The position numbers were made by a program, and so were the translations under genes. A stretch of 64,000 nucleotides of DNA from Monocercomonoides exilis PA203 (Eukaryota > Protista > Preaxostyla), in NCBI GenBank assembly GCA_001643675.2, contig LSRY02000017.1:1240001-1304000 (forward strand), given 5' to 3'. Shown here one piece after another: positions 11,401-23,030 of the stretch (positions within the stretch are counted from its first letter, which is position 1; each line of letters starts with the position of its first letter). The notes beneath the pieces are model-generated. The model searched no databases, was not told the DNA's origin, and saw only the letters and a program-made list of their open reading frames with translations.

Positions 11401-14224
11401 CAGCTGACGGCTGTTTCAATAAATTCTGGTGTGGTGTTCAGCACCATCCACAATGCAGAGCACAAGCGGAACGAGTGATGTGCAGGAGACACAACAAAGG
11501 GAAGCCTGGTGTCTTCCAAAGGCGACACTGCCTGCACCTGCAGCCCAATTCCAGGAGTCATATTCATCTCGTTCTTCTGCTGCGTCAGTGCTCTGCTGTC
11601 GTTGCTCGGCTGGTTGTTCCTCTGCTTCACCTGTAAGAAGAGACTGTAGAGATTGCTGTGGGCGAGGCGCGTGGCTGTCACAGGCGCCATCTTTCGCATC
11701 GGGCGCTTGGTGGTTGCAGCTGATGAAGTGCGCTGCGGTCTGTCCTTTGAAGAAGCACTTGTCACTTCTCCACGCTTGCGCCTGGCAGTTGCAGAGAAAG
11801 CAGAAGAGGAAGAAGATGATGAAGAAGTTGATGAAGAGTGAGAAGCAGACATAGTTTTAGTTGTGAAGCTCAAGTCTCTGCGTGGCGTGTGTGATGCAGA
11901 GCCAAGCATTCTGCTGGATGGTCTTGATGAGAATTCATCAACGTCCTCTTCTTTGTCAGCAGTAGCAGCAGCTGACTCACCACTTCCTTCGTGTTCAGAA
12001 CACGAGTCACAGTCGATAATCTCCTTCAGCAGCTTCTCGTCTTCATGAGCATCGAGGTCGTTCTCGTCAACTCCCTCGCTCGTCTGCTGCTTCTTGTTCC
12101 CTTTCTTTGCAAACTTCTCCTGGATCATCTTCCTTTTCGTACGCTCCATCTCAAACATGATCAGCGTCTCCCTCTCTTTCTTCTTCATCTCCTCTTTCTC
12201 ATCGTCCTTCTCTCTCCTCGTCTGCAGCGCTGTTCCCATCCCACCCACCTTTCCTGTTCCGCCGAGTGTTCCCATACCCACAACGCCTCCAAACGGCACT
12301 CCGCTTTTCTCTCCTGCTTTTGCCCCTCGCTGTGTGTGTGCCAGCGACGAAGGCTGCGACGGAAACGGCGATGGCGACGAGGCAACAGGGGACAGCTTCT
12401 TCTTCGGCTGCTGGAACTGGCTCAGCTTCTCCTTCATTTGCTTGTCCAGCCCTTCGGCGAAGATGTCCACGTCTGTCTTGGCGTGTGTGAGGATGCCCTG
12501 TCCAGGCAGAGGGATATACTCGCCATTCCGAATCACACCCTTCTTCGACGTCAGCTTCAGAAGCAGCGCTTTCTCAGCTTTCGCTTTTTCGTCTGCTTCT
12601 GCCTCGCCTTCTTCAGCTGCTTCGTCGTCGCCTTCCTCCTCTTCCTCTTCTCCTTCTTCCTCTTCCTCATTCCCTTCTTCAGAATCATCACTCTTCTTCT
12701 TCTTCTTCTTTTCTTTCTTTTCAATCACTGGCTCAGGATATTCTGTATCAACAAGCTCGGCGATCTTTCATTGAAGATTATGAAAAGAAGAGTTAAATAA
12801 TTATTTTTAAATAAATTTAAACAAAAAATGAATAGCATATATTTGGTATTAATAAACAAATATGAAAGATTTCAGGAAAAAAAATTATTTTTGTATAAGG
12901 ATGAAATATTTGAAAATATAATCCAAATAACAAATACCTTTGTGATGTAAACTTCAGCTTCAATGCGAAGCATCTGCATTTCTCGTTTGGCTCTTTCTCT
13001 TTCAGCTTCTGTTTTCTTCAGCTCTTCTTCTAACGATTCCTTTTTACAGAACATAAGATTTTCACAATGTTGAACAACGAACGAAGTTTGTTTGAAATTT
13101 TGAGGTGACCAATAAATACAAAGAAACAACAAAAAGACATCTTTTAAAAGATAAATAAAAACACAAAAAATGATACCTTCACAGTCTCGGCGGTTAGTTT
13201 TTTCTCTTTATCTTTTCCACCTTTCGAATCTGTTTTTCTTTTTCCCTTTCCACTTTTTGGAGTTGTAGAGCGATGTGTAGTTAACATTTCATCATCTGTG
13301 GTTTTGTCTGCATCTGCATCTTTTTCTTCTGAACTTTTCTTTCCCTTCTTTTTCTTTGACGACTGTTTTCTCTTTCTTGCTGCCGCCTCTTCAGCTGCTA
13401 TTTTAGCTTCGATATCTTTCGCTTCTTGTTCGATTCGTCTGCATTCTATCCATTCAAGTGCGAGTTGAGCGTTTTTCTTTGAGACAGCATCTTTCATTGA
13501 AATTTCTTCTAATTCTCGTCTTTTCTGTTGAAGGCGCGTGACTGTGGAATAAAGCTTTGTAACTATATCACCGCAACTACGCATAACTTTATCTATAAAT
13601 TTAACTTCAGGAAACAATGATTCTGCGTGCTAAAAGAAGAATGAAATTTTGAATAGTTAATTTTTTATTTTTTTCATACATGTTCTAATCCAATAGATGC
13701 TTTCACAGTCTCAGTGAAGTGAAGTGACTCATCCTCAATTACAGTTCTCATCCCCTTTGCCATATCCTGGAAAAGAATAAAATTTAAAATAATGAAAATT
13801 TTAAAAGCAAACTTGAGTTTTTTGCCTTCTTCTGTTTGCCTCAAATTCTTGATAAATCTCCTTTGAAACAGCGATGCATTGCTCTTCTGATAGTTGCAGC
13901 GAAAGTTTATAACGATTTGCAACCTGAAACAGAAAGAAAAGTTATTTCAAAAAAATCATATTTCGAAAAAAAGAAAAATCAAACCAATTCTCTCCATTGT
14001 TGCAATCCTCCAACAAGTCTTCCTTCTTCCCAAATTGTTGGGCAATCTGTGAAAGCAAATCCATAGGCCCGTTGAGTTTCAGAAATAAATTGTGGCCATT
14101 CTTCTGGAGTCTTCAGCAACGCTTCATATTCAAAAGATGGTAAATTGCATTTGAGGTGACGAGCTATTATGATTGCATGAGCTAATTTAGAACAATTAGC
14201 CTTCCCCGCAATGGTAAAGCCCAT
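8430..14224 (-). CDS. ~1770-aa protein: MDH1B-like N-terminal domain, coiled coil and Ser-rich regions; exons 14224-13985, 13923-13813, 13766-13680, 13629-13177, 13039-12953, 12764-8430
   Basis: Five GT-AG phase-0 introns join the ORF pieces in frame. N-terminus MGFTIAGKANC..LKCNLPSF..PEEW..CPTIW..LVGGLQQW resembles the MDH1B N-terminus as recalled (FVIAGRADC..LQKNLPDF..PEVW..SPIIW..LLGGYNEF). Confidence 0.7.
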
Positions 14225-14371
14225 TCAGTTTTTGAACGGTTCTTTTGAAATGAAGTTAAAATATGGTTTAATTCTTGATCATTAACAGAAAATACATATA
14301 AAGTTCACAAGTGAAGAAGAAGATAAATGAAATGCAAATAAAGAAAACATTGCAACTAAAATTACAATTCT

Positions 14372-17300
14372 TTACATAACTCTAGGCATCATCAATTCCT
14401 TAAACTCAAACTCTCCAATAATTTCCCTCATTTGTGCATCAATGCTATAAATAGCCTGGAAAACAGAAATTGCATTATACACTTCAATCATGGTAAGATC
14501 TTCTTCATCCGACTGCGAAGATGACGCAGCACCAATTCCCTTCTTCTTTGTTGGTGCTCCAATTTTCCCTCCTCCGACTCTAATCATAGTGATGGATGGA
14601 TTTAGCTCTTTCCACAATGCCATCAGCTGTGTGTGCAACTTCGAAGTCTGCTTAATTCCAATCTCCAAAAACACAATCGACTTATTCGGCTCTTTTTCCC
14701 ATTCGTGTTTTATAGCCTCAATCCAGCGGTTGTACTGAGCCACTTGGTCTTTTGCCCCGACCCAGCTGCGGTCATTCAACGACAGCTTGCACGCAGGCCG
14801 GCAGTCTCTTTGGCATCTGGGGCATCTGGGAATGTTGATGTGCTTAGGAAGTGGAGAGAATGATATTCATCATTTGTTAAATAAAAATTAAAAAAAAAGA
14901 TAATAATAAATAATACTTATAATAATTAAGCAATATCACACCATTGGCAGCAAAGGCTGCTTCGATGGCTCTTCTGTGTTTTTCGCTTTATCGCTCGGCC
15001 GAATGGCATACAGCGGGCAGTTCGGTGTGGTGATTCTGGCGCTCCCGAGGTACTCTCTCTTCACAGACTCATCCACAATTGCATCCACAGGCACATCCCC
15101 CGCGCCCATCCTCAGTTCTCCCCCACTCTCTGCCTGTCTCTGTGTCTCGCTCAGAAGCGACTGCTTGTCGTCTCCATGGGACACCTGAATCAGCTTGCTC
15201 CTCTTCGCATCATCCTTCGGCGATGACTCAGCCGAGCCTGAAATCGACCCTCTTCGCGACTCGCTGGCCTTTAGCGATGAGAACGACGAGCTGCGTGACA
15301 GTGTCCCGCTGCCTCCTCTGCTTCTGTCGCTTGTTCGCGGGCGAGAGGAAGCTGGACGCACAAGACGTGCCAGCGAATCGATGCTGTATGGAGGAGCAGA
15401 TGGTACATACCCAGTGTCTTCTTCAGAGGCGATGCCACAAGGTGATGTGGAAGACGGCTGCAGCGACTGCTCGCTGGCGAGGCTGCCTCTGTGCTCAGTC
15501 AGCACCACATCGAACTGGCTGCTCTGCGGCGAAGCGCTCGATCTCGTGGCAGCAGTGGCAGAAAGGTCGTTCTGTGAGACATTCAGTGGGAACATGTCGC
15601 GTGAGTGGATGTTGCGCGGGGAGATGGACGCGTATGTGGGCGACGTGGGCGGAGGGGCGTATTCAGACACAGTGCGGAACGGCGCATCGACTAGTTTTGA
15701 GGGAGGGATGATGGAGAGTCCGCCTAAAACAGACTGGCGCGCTGTCCAAGTGGAAGCAGTTGGCGTGAGAGAGGCAGAAGTTGCTGTGAGAGAAGACGAG
15801 GCAGACGAGGAGGATGCGACGGATGTTGAGAGAAAGGCGTTTTGAGACGGGGAAAGAGGATTCGGCTGGAGTGAAGTGATTGAGGTGTCAATGGCGCGCG
15901 ACCGCATCAGCCCAGATCTGCCAGGAGACTGCGGAAGATTCGGCGGCTGGGCAGTGGAGACGCGGAGTGCCCTGTCAGCAACGAGTGTTCTCCGCCTCAG
16001 CGGTGCGTCAGCCACAAAAGAGCGCGAAGTGATGGGGAAGATGCCAGTCACGTCGCTGCTGCTCGTGGCCTGCGTCATCGGCCGCTCCCACCCGTCGCCT
16101 GAAGTTATGGCAGAGGTGCGTGTCCGCATAGTCGTCGGTGAAAGAGGTGAATAAAGCGACTGCGGCGGATTTGAGAGAGAGGGAGACAAAACGTTGCTTG
16201 CTCCAAATTCTCCTTCCTCATCGCTGGCGTAGTGCTCTCCTTCTTCGCCTGCATACTCCTCGTCTTCGTCGCCAAAGCCAAAGTCATACGGCGTGTCGTC
16301 GTCCATCACGGGCGATGGCAGCGACAGCGCAGACGGGCGGACGATGGGCTTTCCGATCGTCGCTGGATGAGGGGGCCGGGGCTCCATAACACCCGGGTAC
16401 GAGAAGAGGCGGTGGTCGAGCTCGGCCAGATACATTGGAGAAAGAGGAGGCTCTGGCAGGACGGGAGGAAGCGCCACTGGAATGGACCATCCATTCTCGC
16501 GGCAGAAGGAACAGACCGCCATCGTCTGCTCGGCGGAGCGCGCTTCGACAAGCTGTGCGGGCGATGCTTGGTCCAAAAGCTGCCGGATGCGCTCGTCATG
16601 AGGCACAAGACGGTTGGCTTTGCCTGAAATTGAAGAAGCAGCAAATGAAAACAAGTTTAGGATTCATTATTTCCATTTAAGTTCAATTACAAAAATTAAA
16701 AACAAACATACCATTAGATTCTACAAAAAATCTGAAAAACGGATCGAGCTCATACTTAGAAGCACAACAAGGCGCATTACATTGCCAATGAATAAGATCA
16801 CCATCAACAGTACAAAGTTCTCTTGAAGAGAATCCAGCTTTTTGCCACAAACAGTCAAGCGATGTTGTATATACAAGTGCAGGGACTGATGGTTTTTCAT
16901 ATTCTGTTTTGTCTCGGCTAATCTTCATTAAACGACGCTTTGCTGGAAAAAGCGTTTTTGCCATTATTTGAGCTGCGGCAGACAAAACAGGAGGTTTTGC
17001 CTTCTTTCCTTTTTCTTTTTCCAATGGCTTTCCTTGCAAAATTGTCCTCTTGTCTGATCCGGGCATTACAAAAAGATGTTCGAACCATTTTAAAATTATT
17101 CGATATCCATTGTGAGGCGCAGCTTCAATCAATGCATTATATCTTTGACCAACAGCTCCATAAAAATTCATAGGATTTGACTTAATTTGAGATGGCGCCG
17201 GAAGAGGAGGAACTGGTGGAATTGGTCGTGACGGATCCGCTCGAGCAAATTGATCATCAGTCTGAAGTGAACAAAAAGAATTAAATATTCAAAAATATCT

Positions 17301-17410
17301 AACGAAAAATGCATTGTAATGCAAACGATAACAAGTAGATAATCAGCTGTAAGCAAAGCAGCAGCAGCAAGGGCCTCTTTTGGTGGTGGTGGTTGGTCTT
17401 TTCTACTCAT
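14372..17410 (-). CDS. SIR2/sirtuin-fold protein (~928 aa), catalytically degenerate, with ~560-aa insertion; exons 17410-17327, 17261-16712, 16623-14942, 14842-14372
   Basis: Sirtuin motifs appear in order: ADYLLVIT, FYG..APHNGYRIILKW, YTTSLDCLWQKAGF, WQCNAPC, IPRCPRC..RP, W..Q..YNRW, VFLEIG, MIRVG. Three GT-AG introns keep the frame. Confidence 0.8.
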
Positions 17411-17611
17411 AAAACGCAAAATATAATTTTAAAATTTGCTGAGTGATGAAAAAGAAAATATGCATCATAAATTATTCACAGCAAATTATAATTATTGATA
17501 TGAAACTTTAAATTACAAACAATTTTTTTAAAACTGGATTAAAGTTTATTTTAGCAAAGTAAAGCAAAACCAGTTTTATTTTTTCTTGTATTGTGGGTGA
17601 CTAACCAAAAT

Positions 17612-18356
17612 ATGAAAATACAAACATTTATTTCAGAAATTAAACGATTTTGTGAATTTTGGCCAGAATGGAAACTTATACAATACGTTGAACATGATGA
17701 AAATGCTCTAGGAGCTACAGCTAATTTTTCTGTCGAGCAATCTTCTACTAGTGAGGACAAAGATATTGACGTTGAAGAAGAAGACGAAGAACAACCGGAA
17801 CTTGAAGAATTTTCAGATGAAAGTTTGGTTTGATTTATAATATATGAACTTAATATTATTTAAGATGAAAAAAAATTTTTAGGCACCTGAACCATCGTCA
17901 AAAACACATTTAGTGTTAAATATTCATATCACTTACTTTGACGTTTATTCATCTCCAGTTATTTATTTTCGTGCTCATACGGAGAGCGGTGAATTTGTTG
18001 AATTGAATCAAATTCACAGACTGATTCTGTCAAATCCACATGTAACTTCAGATAAACCTTCTGTTCTTTATAACATTATCACACAAGGGATACATCCTTA
18101 TCTTCGAACCCCATTTTATATGATTCATCCTTGCCAAACTACGAATATATTAAAATTAGGGCAAACACTTTCACAAGAACAAAAGGAAACAATGAAATTA
18201 GATTCCATTTATAATGAAGATTGCTCTTCATCAAAATTAGATTCAGATGATTTAATGACGAAGCCTTCTGGATTCCTTTTCTGGATAAGCCTTTTTCTTC
18301 CATTACTACGTGTGGATGTGCCTCTCAAAGTTATTCAATGCTTCAAACACACATAA
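17612..18356 (+). CDS. ATG10: ATG10-like autophagy E2 enzyme (Atg3/Atg10 family); exons 17612-17827, 17883-18356
   Basis: HITYFDVYSSPVIYFRA, ITQGIHP, catalytic FYMIHPCQT and C-terminal FWISLF. Short length and no Atg3-type N-terminus favour Atg10. Confidence 0.8.
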
Positions 18357-18843
18357 AACTTTTTGAGTTGTGAAATGGTGTTGTTAGAAGTTGAAAACGA
18401 AGTTTTGAAATTCACAAAAATTGCCAGTATTTTTGTTAAAGATTTGAACATTATTTTTATATTGTTCGTTATTAATTGGAATATGTTTCGTTCTTTTACA
18501 AAAATTGATTTTTGCTTTTTCAAATTGATTTTAGCATTTCTGATTTAAATATTTGAAAGATTGAGCATTTTATATGAATAAATATTGTCATTCTTTTCTT
18601 TCCTTTTGAAGGTCTTTTCTTTGAAACGTTCTGATTTAAAATTGCATAAAAATCTTGTACAAAACCAATTTTATTCACCATTTTTGGATTGTCAATAACT
18701 CCTTAATAGAGTGGTTTTTTAAACCTGACTTTTTTTTTAATCCGGACAAAATTTTGAAAAATAAATATCTCAACAAATATTCAATATTAATTTTCATCAA
18801 TTTGCACAGTTGTGTATTAACAGGCATGACATCTGTTCATATA

Positions 18844-19853
18844 GGGTCAACTTTTTAATGGGACTTTTTCCTTTATTGGCACTTTTTTTATTTTCGATAA
18901 CAAAAAGCTGAGAAGTGTTAAATGGCTTTCAGCATTTGGATAACTGATTTTAACAAAGTTGATTCTATTTATTACCGGTTTGTTTTTTAATTTTTGTTTA
19001 TTATTTAACGAGATATGACGTTTTTTTTGATAAATTTGAATTGGCTTTTCCCACTCAACCAAGCATTTCCAGAAAATGAAAAATACTGTTTTCAAAAGCA
19101 CTAACTTTTATCTATATGTTTTTTAATTCTTTTTTTTGACAAACATTTTTTCCGTGTTATTTTTGCATTTCATTTTTTTAACAACATGCAAACATAAAAC
19201 TGATTGTTTCTTTGTAAATATAATGAAATGATGAAAATAAAAATATGATATGAAAATAAAACATTCAAATAATGAAGTATTGTCAAAATACAACATTGTT
19301 TTTTTCTATTTGTATAGAAAAGCCAAATGGTACAAATAGAAAATGATCTTCGATCAAACTTTTGTTATTTTTATGAGTTCAAGACAAATAAAAAAAAACA
19401 ATGTTGTATTTTGACAATACTTCATTATTTGAATGTTTTATTTTCATATCATATTTTTATTTTCATCATTTCATTATATTTACAAAGAAACAATCAGTTT
19501 TATGTTTGCATGTTGTTAAAAAAATGAAATGCAAAAATAACACGGAAAAAATGTTTGTCAAAAAAAAGAATTAAAAAACATATAGATAAAAGTTAGTGCT
19601 TTTGAAAACAGTATTTTTCATTTTCTGGAAATGCTTGGTTGAGTGGGAAAAGCCAATTCAAATTTATCAAAAAAAACGTCATATCTCGTTAAATAATAAA
19701 CAAAAATTAAAAAACAAACCGGTAATAAATAGAATCAACTTTGTTAAAATCAGTTATCCAAATGCTGAAAGCCATTTAACACTTCTCAGCTTTTTGTTAT
19801 CGAAAATAAAAAAAGTGCCAATAAAGGAAAAAGTCCCATTAAAAAGTTGACTT
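18844..19853. mobile_element. ~1-kb foldback/MITE-like element: 468-bp inverted arms (18846-19313 / 19384-19851), 70-bp spacer, TA flanks
   Basis: Arms are near-perfect reverse complements (identical 84-aa ORFs are called on opposite strands). TA at 18842-43 and 19854-55; terminal GG vs TT mismatch. Confidence 0.9.
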
Positions 19854-19855
19854 TA

Positions 19856-22021
19856 GACAGGGACAAAACCCGGGACATTTGGTACAGTTTTCTTTTCTTT
19901 GAAAAATGCTTCGATTAATAAATATTCACCTTTTAAATAGAATTATTTTTTTGCAAGAAAGAAGGAAACAAACAAGAGTAATTTGTTTTATATTCCTTTA
20001 TGATATGATAGAAAAGAAGTTTGATATCAAAAGAGGAACGAAAAAAAACAGTTCAAAATAGAAAGAAATAATTGTTAACATTAAAAAGAAATAATTTGCA
20101 CCTCATAAAAAGAATTATGAATCGAAAACAAAAACTGAACCCCATTTGCTTTCTGAAGTTTTCTTTCTTTTTCTTTTCTCGCTTGGAAACAGTATCTCTT
20201 CTTCCAAAGCGTTTAATTGCATTTCTGGATTTTTTGTTGTGTCAGACATTTTGAAAGAAACCTCTTCACGAAATGTAGTTTTCTTTTTTTGATCTTGAAA
20301 GTTGATACTTTCATCAGGAACAGAAATGTCAGATTTTTTGTTCGTAATATTGTGTGATTCCTTTTCACAAGATTTTAAGACCTCATGTTGAGTATCAGAG
20401 TGAATCATTGTGCTTTTTTTCTTAATCTCTAATTGAACTGAATAGCTTTCGTAAAAGTGTCTCCAGTGATTAGTTTCATACTGATGTTATTGGTTAACCC
20501 TGAGCAATTTGATTCATTCACGTTTTCGATTTTTTCTGAGATTTTAGGAAGACACTGATAGACCACAGATGGATCGAACGGATGAATTCCACAAGCTTCA
20601 AATGACTTTCTCACTATTCTCGGAGATAGAGAGTCGTATTCAGCTTCTAAAACAGCAGGAATCAATGCTTTTCTGCACGAAGAAATTGATGAATCAGTTG
20701 GCATCAAAAATTCACGTTTCAAGCTGTTTTTAAAAATGTGCAAAAACGAACCTATCCAAAGGTTGCGTTAAGTGAGTAGTGCGGGATGGAAGAATTGGAA
20801 GATGGATGTTGTGTTTCCTGCACCAAGAAATAACAGGTTGGCAAAATCGAGATGAATGACCGTCGAGAATAATTAATGCGAAAGAAGATGGCCCGTGTAG
20901 CAAACTCGTTTCTCATTTATTTTAGGCAAAAAATCTTCAATCATAATTTTTTCAAAATCATACTTGCTCATCCAGCCAGTCCCGTTTACAATGCAGTTTA
21001 TTCGATGGTTCTTTAATTCCTTCAAATCTTCAGACAGCGTCTGAGATGGCCACAACATCACAGGATCCAGTGATGTTCCATCTGCAAAAATTGTGAAAAA
21101 TAATGTCGCATTTTTCCTTCGCTGGACTTCTGGCAAGAGAGCGTGCTGAGTTTCTTTTGTTACTCCGATTTCATCTTCTGACTGTTTCATGGTGACTCCT
21201 GTCTCATCCATATTGATTATCAAATCTGAAGAAATATGAAAATCATCAATAACATTTTTTAGAAGACTAAACCAATTTCTCATTTTTTCGATGTTCGAAG
21301 CTTTAAGTCGATGTATGTCTATGTAAGTTGGTTTTATTAGTTTTAACAATCCGCTTTTTTTTATAAACCTGCCAGCCCATTTTGTATTAATATTGTGACA
21401 CTCCAAAGATGGAACGCTTTTCTTATTTTTTTTCATCATGATATTTCCTGTCTATCAAATAATACCTAGTTTAAAAAACATTATCTAAATAAATCACACG
21501 AATTTTATTATATCCGAAACTGTTAATTTGTTGGATGAAGATTTTTGAGCTCTTGCACAGTCTTCAATTTCCTCAATTTCTTCTTTATTAAATAACCCTG
21601 GTCTGCCCGAGCAGTGAGGATCTCTCCCAGCCTTTATTGATGCTATATGCCTGTAGATGAATGAATGAGAAATGATTTTTGCTTTAACCAAATCTGAAGG
21701 TTTGATTTTGTCTTGTTTTAAAAGATAATCAACTTTTTCTGCTTTTGAAGTGAGCCTGCGAAACTCTGCCGATGCCTTGATAGGAGATAATTTATTGGAA
21801 GAGAAAGAGGATGACATGTATGAATTTTTAATTTGATCAATGGAAACTCGATCATGCAATTTGATAAAAGTTCTTTTTAAAGAAGCAAATTTTTTTTAAA
21901 AGTGAACAAAGGATTTAATCAAAAAAAATATATTGTGTGTCAATTTTTAATTTGCGACTGCTTTTAATAAACATTCAAAAAAGTTATTTAAGACTGAAGT
22001 GTCCCGGACTTTGTCCCTGTC
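19856..22021 (-). mobile_element. pogo-like (Tc1/mariner superfamily) DNA transposon, 2166 bp, ~25-bp TIRs, TA target-site duplication
   Basis: Left end GACAGGGACAAAACCCGGGACATTT; reverse complement of right end GACAGGGACAAAGTCCGGGACACTT. TA on both sides; contains a DDE transposase. Confidence 0.92.
20429..21859 (-). pseudogene. pogo/Fot1-type DD35D transposase (HTH/CENP-B-like + DDE_1), one 48-nt intron (21452-21499), two frameshifts (~20895, ~20730)
   Basis: Motifs SGRPGLF, KWAGRFIKK, INMDETG, IILDGHSSR, LPSRTTHLTQPLD and SFEACGIHPFDP; 35 residues lie between the 2nd and 3rd Asp. Exact start codon uncertain. Confidence 0.88.
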
Positions 22022-22023
22022 TA

Positions 22024-22285
22024 TATGGGTGATTATTTTTGAAATCATATTTGTTCTTTCAAAAATTTCGGTTCGAAAATTTTCTCTTTATTATCAACAA
22101 AAGAGCACAAAAAAATGAAAAGGTTTATTGAAAACATCAACATCTTTATTTGAGCATAGACATTTATTTTTAATACAGTTGTGAAAAATACACAAATTGC
22201 AGACAAAAACTCTTCCCAATGACATACAACCTTTGAAAAATAAACACTCCGAAAAAAGTTATGATTTCAAAAATAATTACCCATA
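22024..22285 (+). mobile_element. ~262-bp MITE copy 1 (TIR TATGGGTGATTATTTTTGAAATCAT)
   Basis: Ends TATGGGTGATTATTTTTGAAATCAT / ATGATTTCAAAAATAATTACCCATA; internally colinear with copy 3. Confidence 0.85.
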
Positions 22286-22548
22286 TGTGTGATTCTTTTT
22301 GTAATCATAACTTTTTTCGTTGTGATAATTATTGGGAAAATTTTTTGAAATTGAAAATGAATTCATCAATGAAGAATGAAAATCATTTCAATTCTATCAA
22401 AAATTAATATTTGATAAAAAAGAAAGACAGAGACGGTTTTTATAGGATTTGTCACTTTTCTGTGTTCATAAACTAAAATTTTTAAACAAAATAAATAAAC
22501 AGAATTATATGTACAAAAAAAAATTTAATTTAAAAAATAATCATCCAA
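22284..22548 (-). mobile_element. ~265-bp MITE copy 2, inverted and more degenerate
   Basis: Starts TATGTGTGATTCTTTTTGTAATCATAACTTTTTTCG (reverse complement of the copy-1 right end); ends ATTTAAAAAATAATCATCCAAA. Confidence 0.6.
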
Positions 22549-22765
22549 AAGTCATTCTTTTATTTTTACAACATTTCACGATATGTTTGTGTTGTTATTT
22601 TCCGCAGATTTTGAAAATCTCGTACCCAAACAAACTCAAAAAAAAACAATAAGCAAAATAATAATTTTGATTTCAAGAAATAAGAAATGGGGTTTTTGTT
22701 ATTAATAAATGTGAAAGAAGAGAGTGAAAACTGCAAATGTCACACTACAATAAATTTAAAAAAAA

Positions 22766-23028
22766 TATGTGTGATTATTTTTGAAATCATATTTTTTCAT
22801 TCAAAAAATTTGGTGGAAAAATATTACTTGAATAGCAATAAAAAAAATTGAAAAGTGAAAAGGCTCATTGAATACATTTTTGTCTTTGATTCGGAAAAAC
22901 CATTTGTTTTTAAAAACAATTATCACACTTTTTCTCTTTTTTAAATAAAATATTTTTTCAGAAAACAAACAATTATTGAAAAATCAACACCCCGAAAAAA
23001 GATATGATTTCAAAAATTATCACCCATA
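22766..23028 (+). mobile_element. ~263-bp MITE copy 3
   Basis: TATGTGTGATTATTTTTGAAATCATAT ... ATATGATTTCAAAAATTATCACCCATA; alignable with copy 1 along its length. Confidence 0.85.
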
Positions 23029-23030
23029 TA

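Noticed and set aside
14225-14371. Fusion of the sirtuin-like and MDH1B-like genes by splicing
   Set aside because: An in-frame TGA directly precedes the ATG at 14224, and the domain match begins at that Met.
18847-19850. Two identical 84-aa ORFs on opposite strands
   Set aside because: By-product of the palindrome; non-ATG start and AT-rich non-coding composition.
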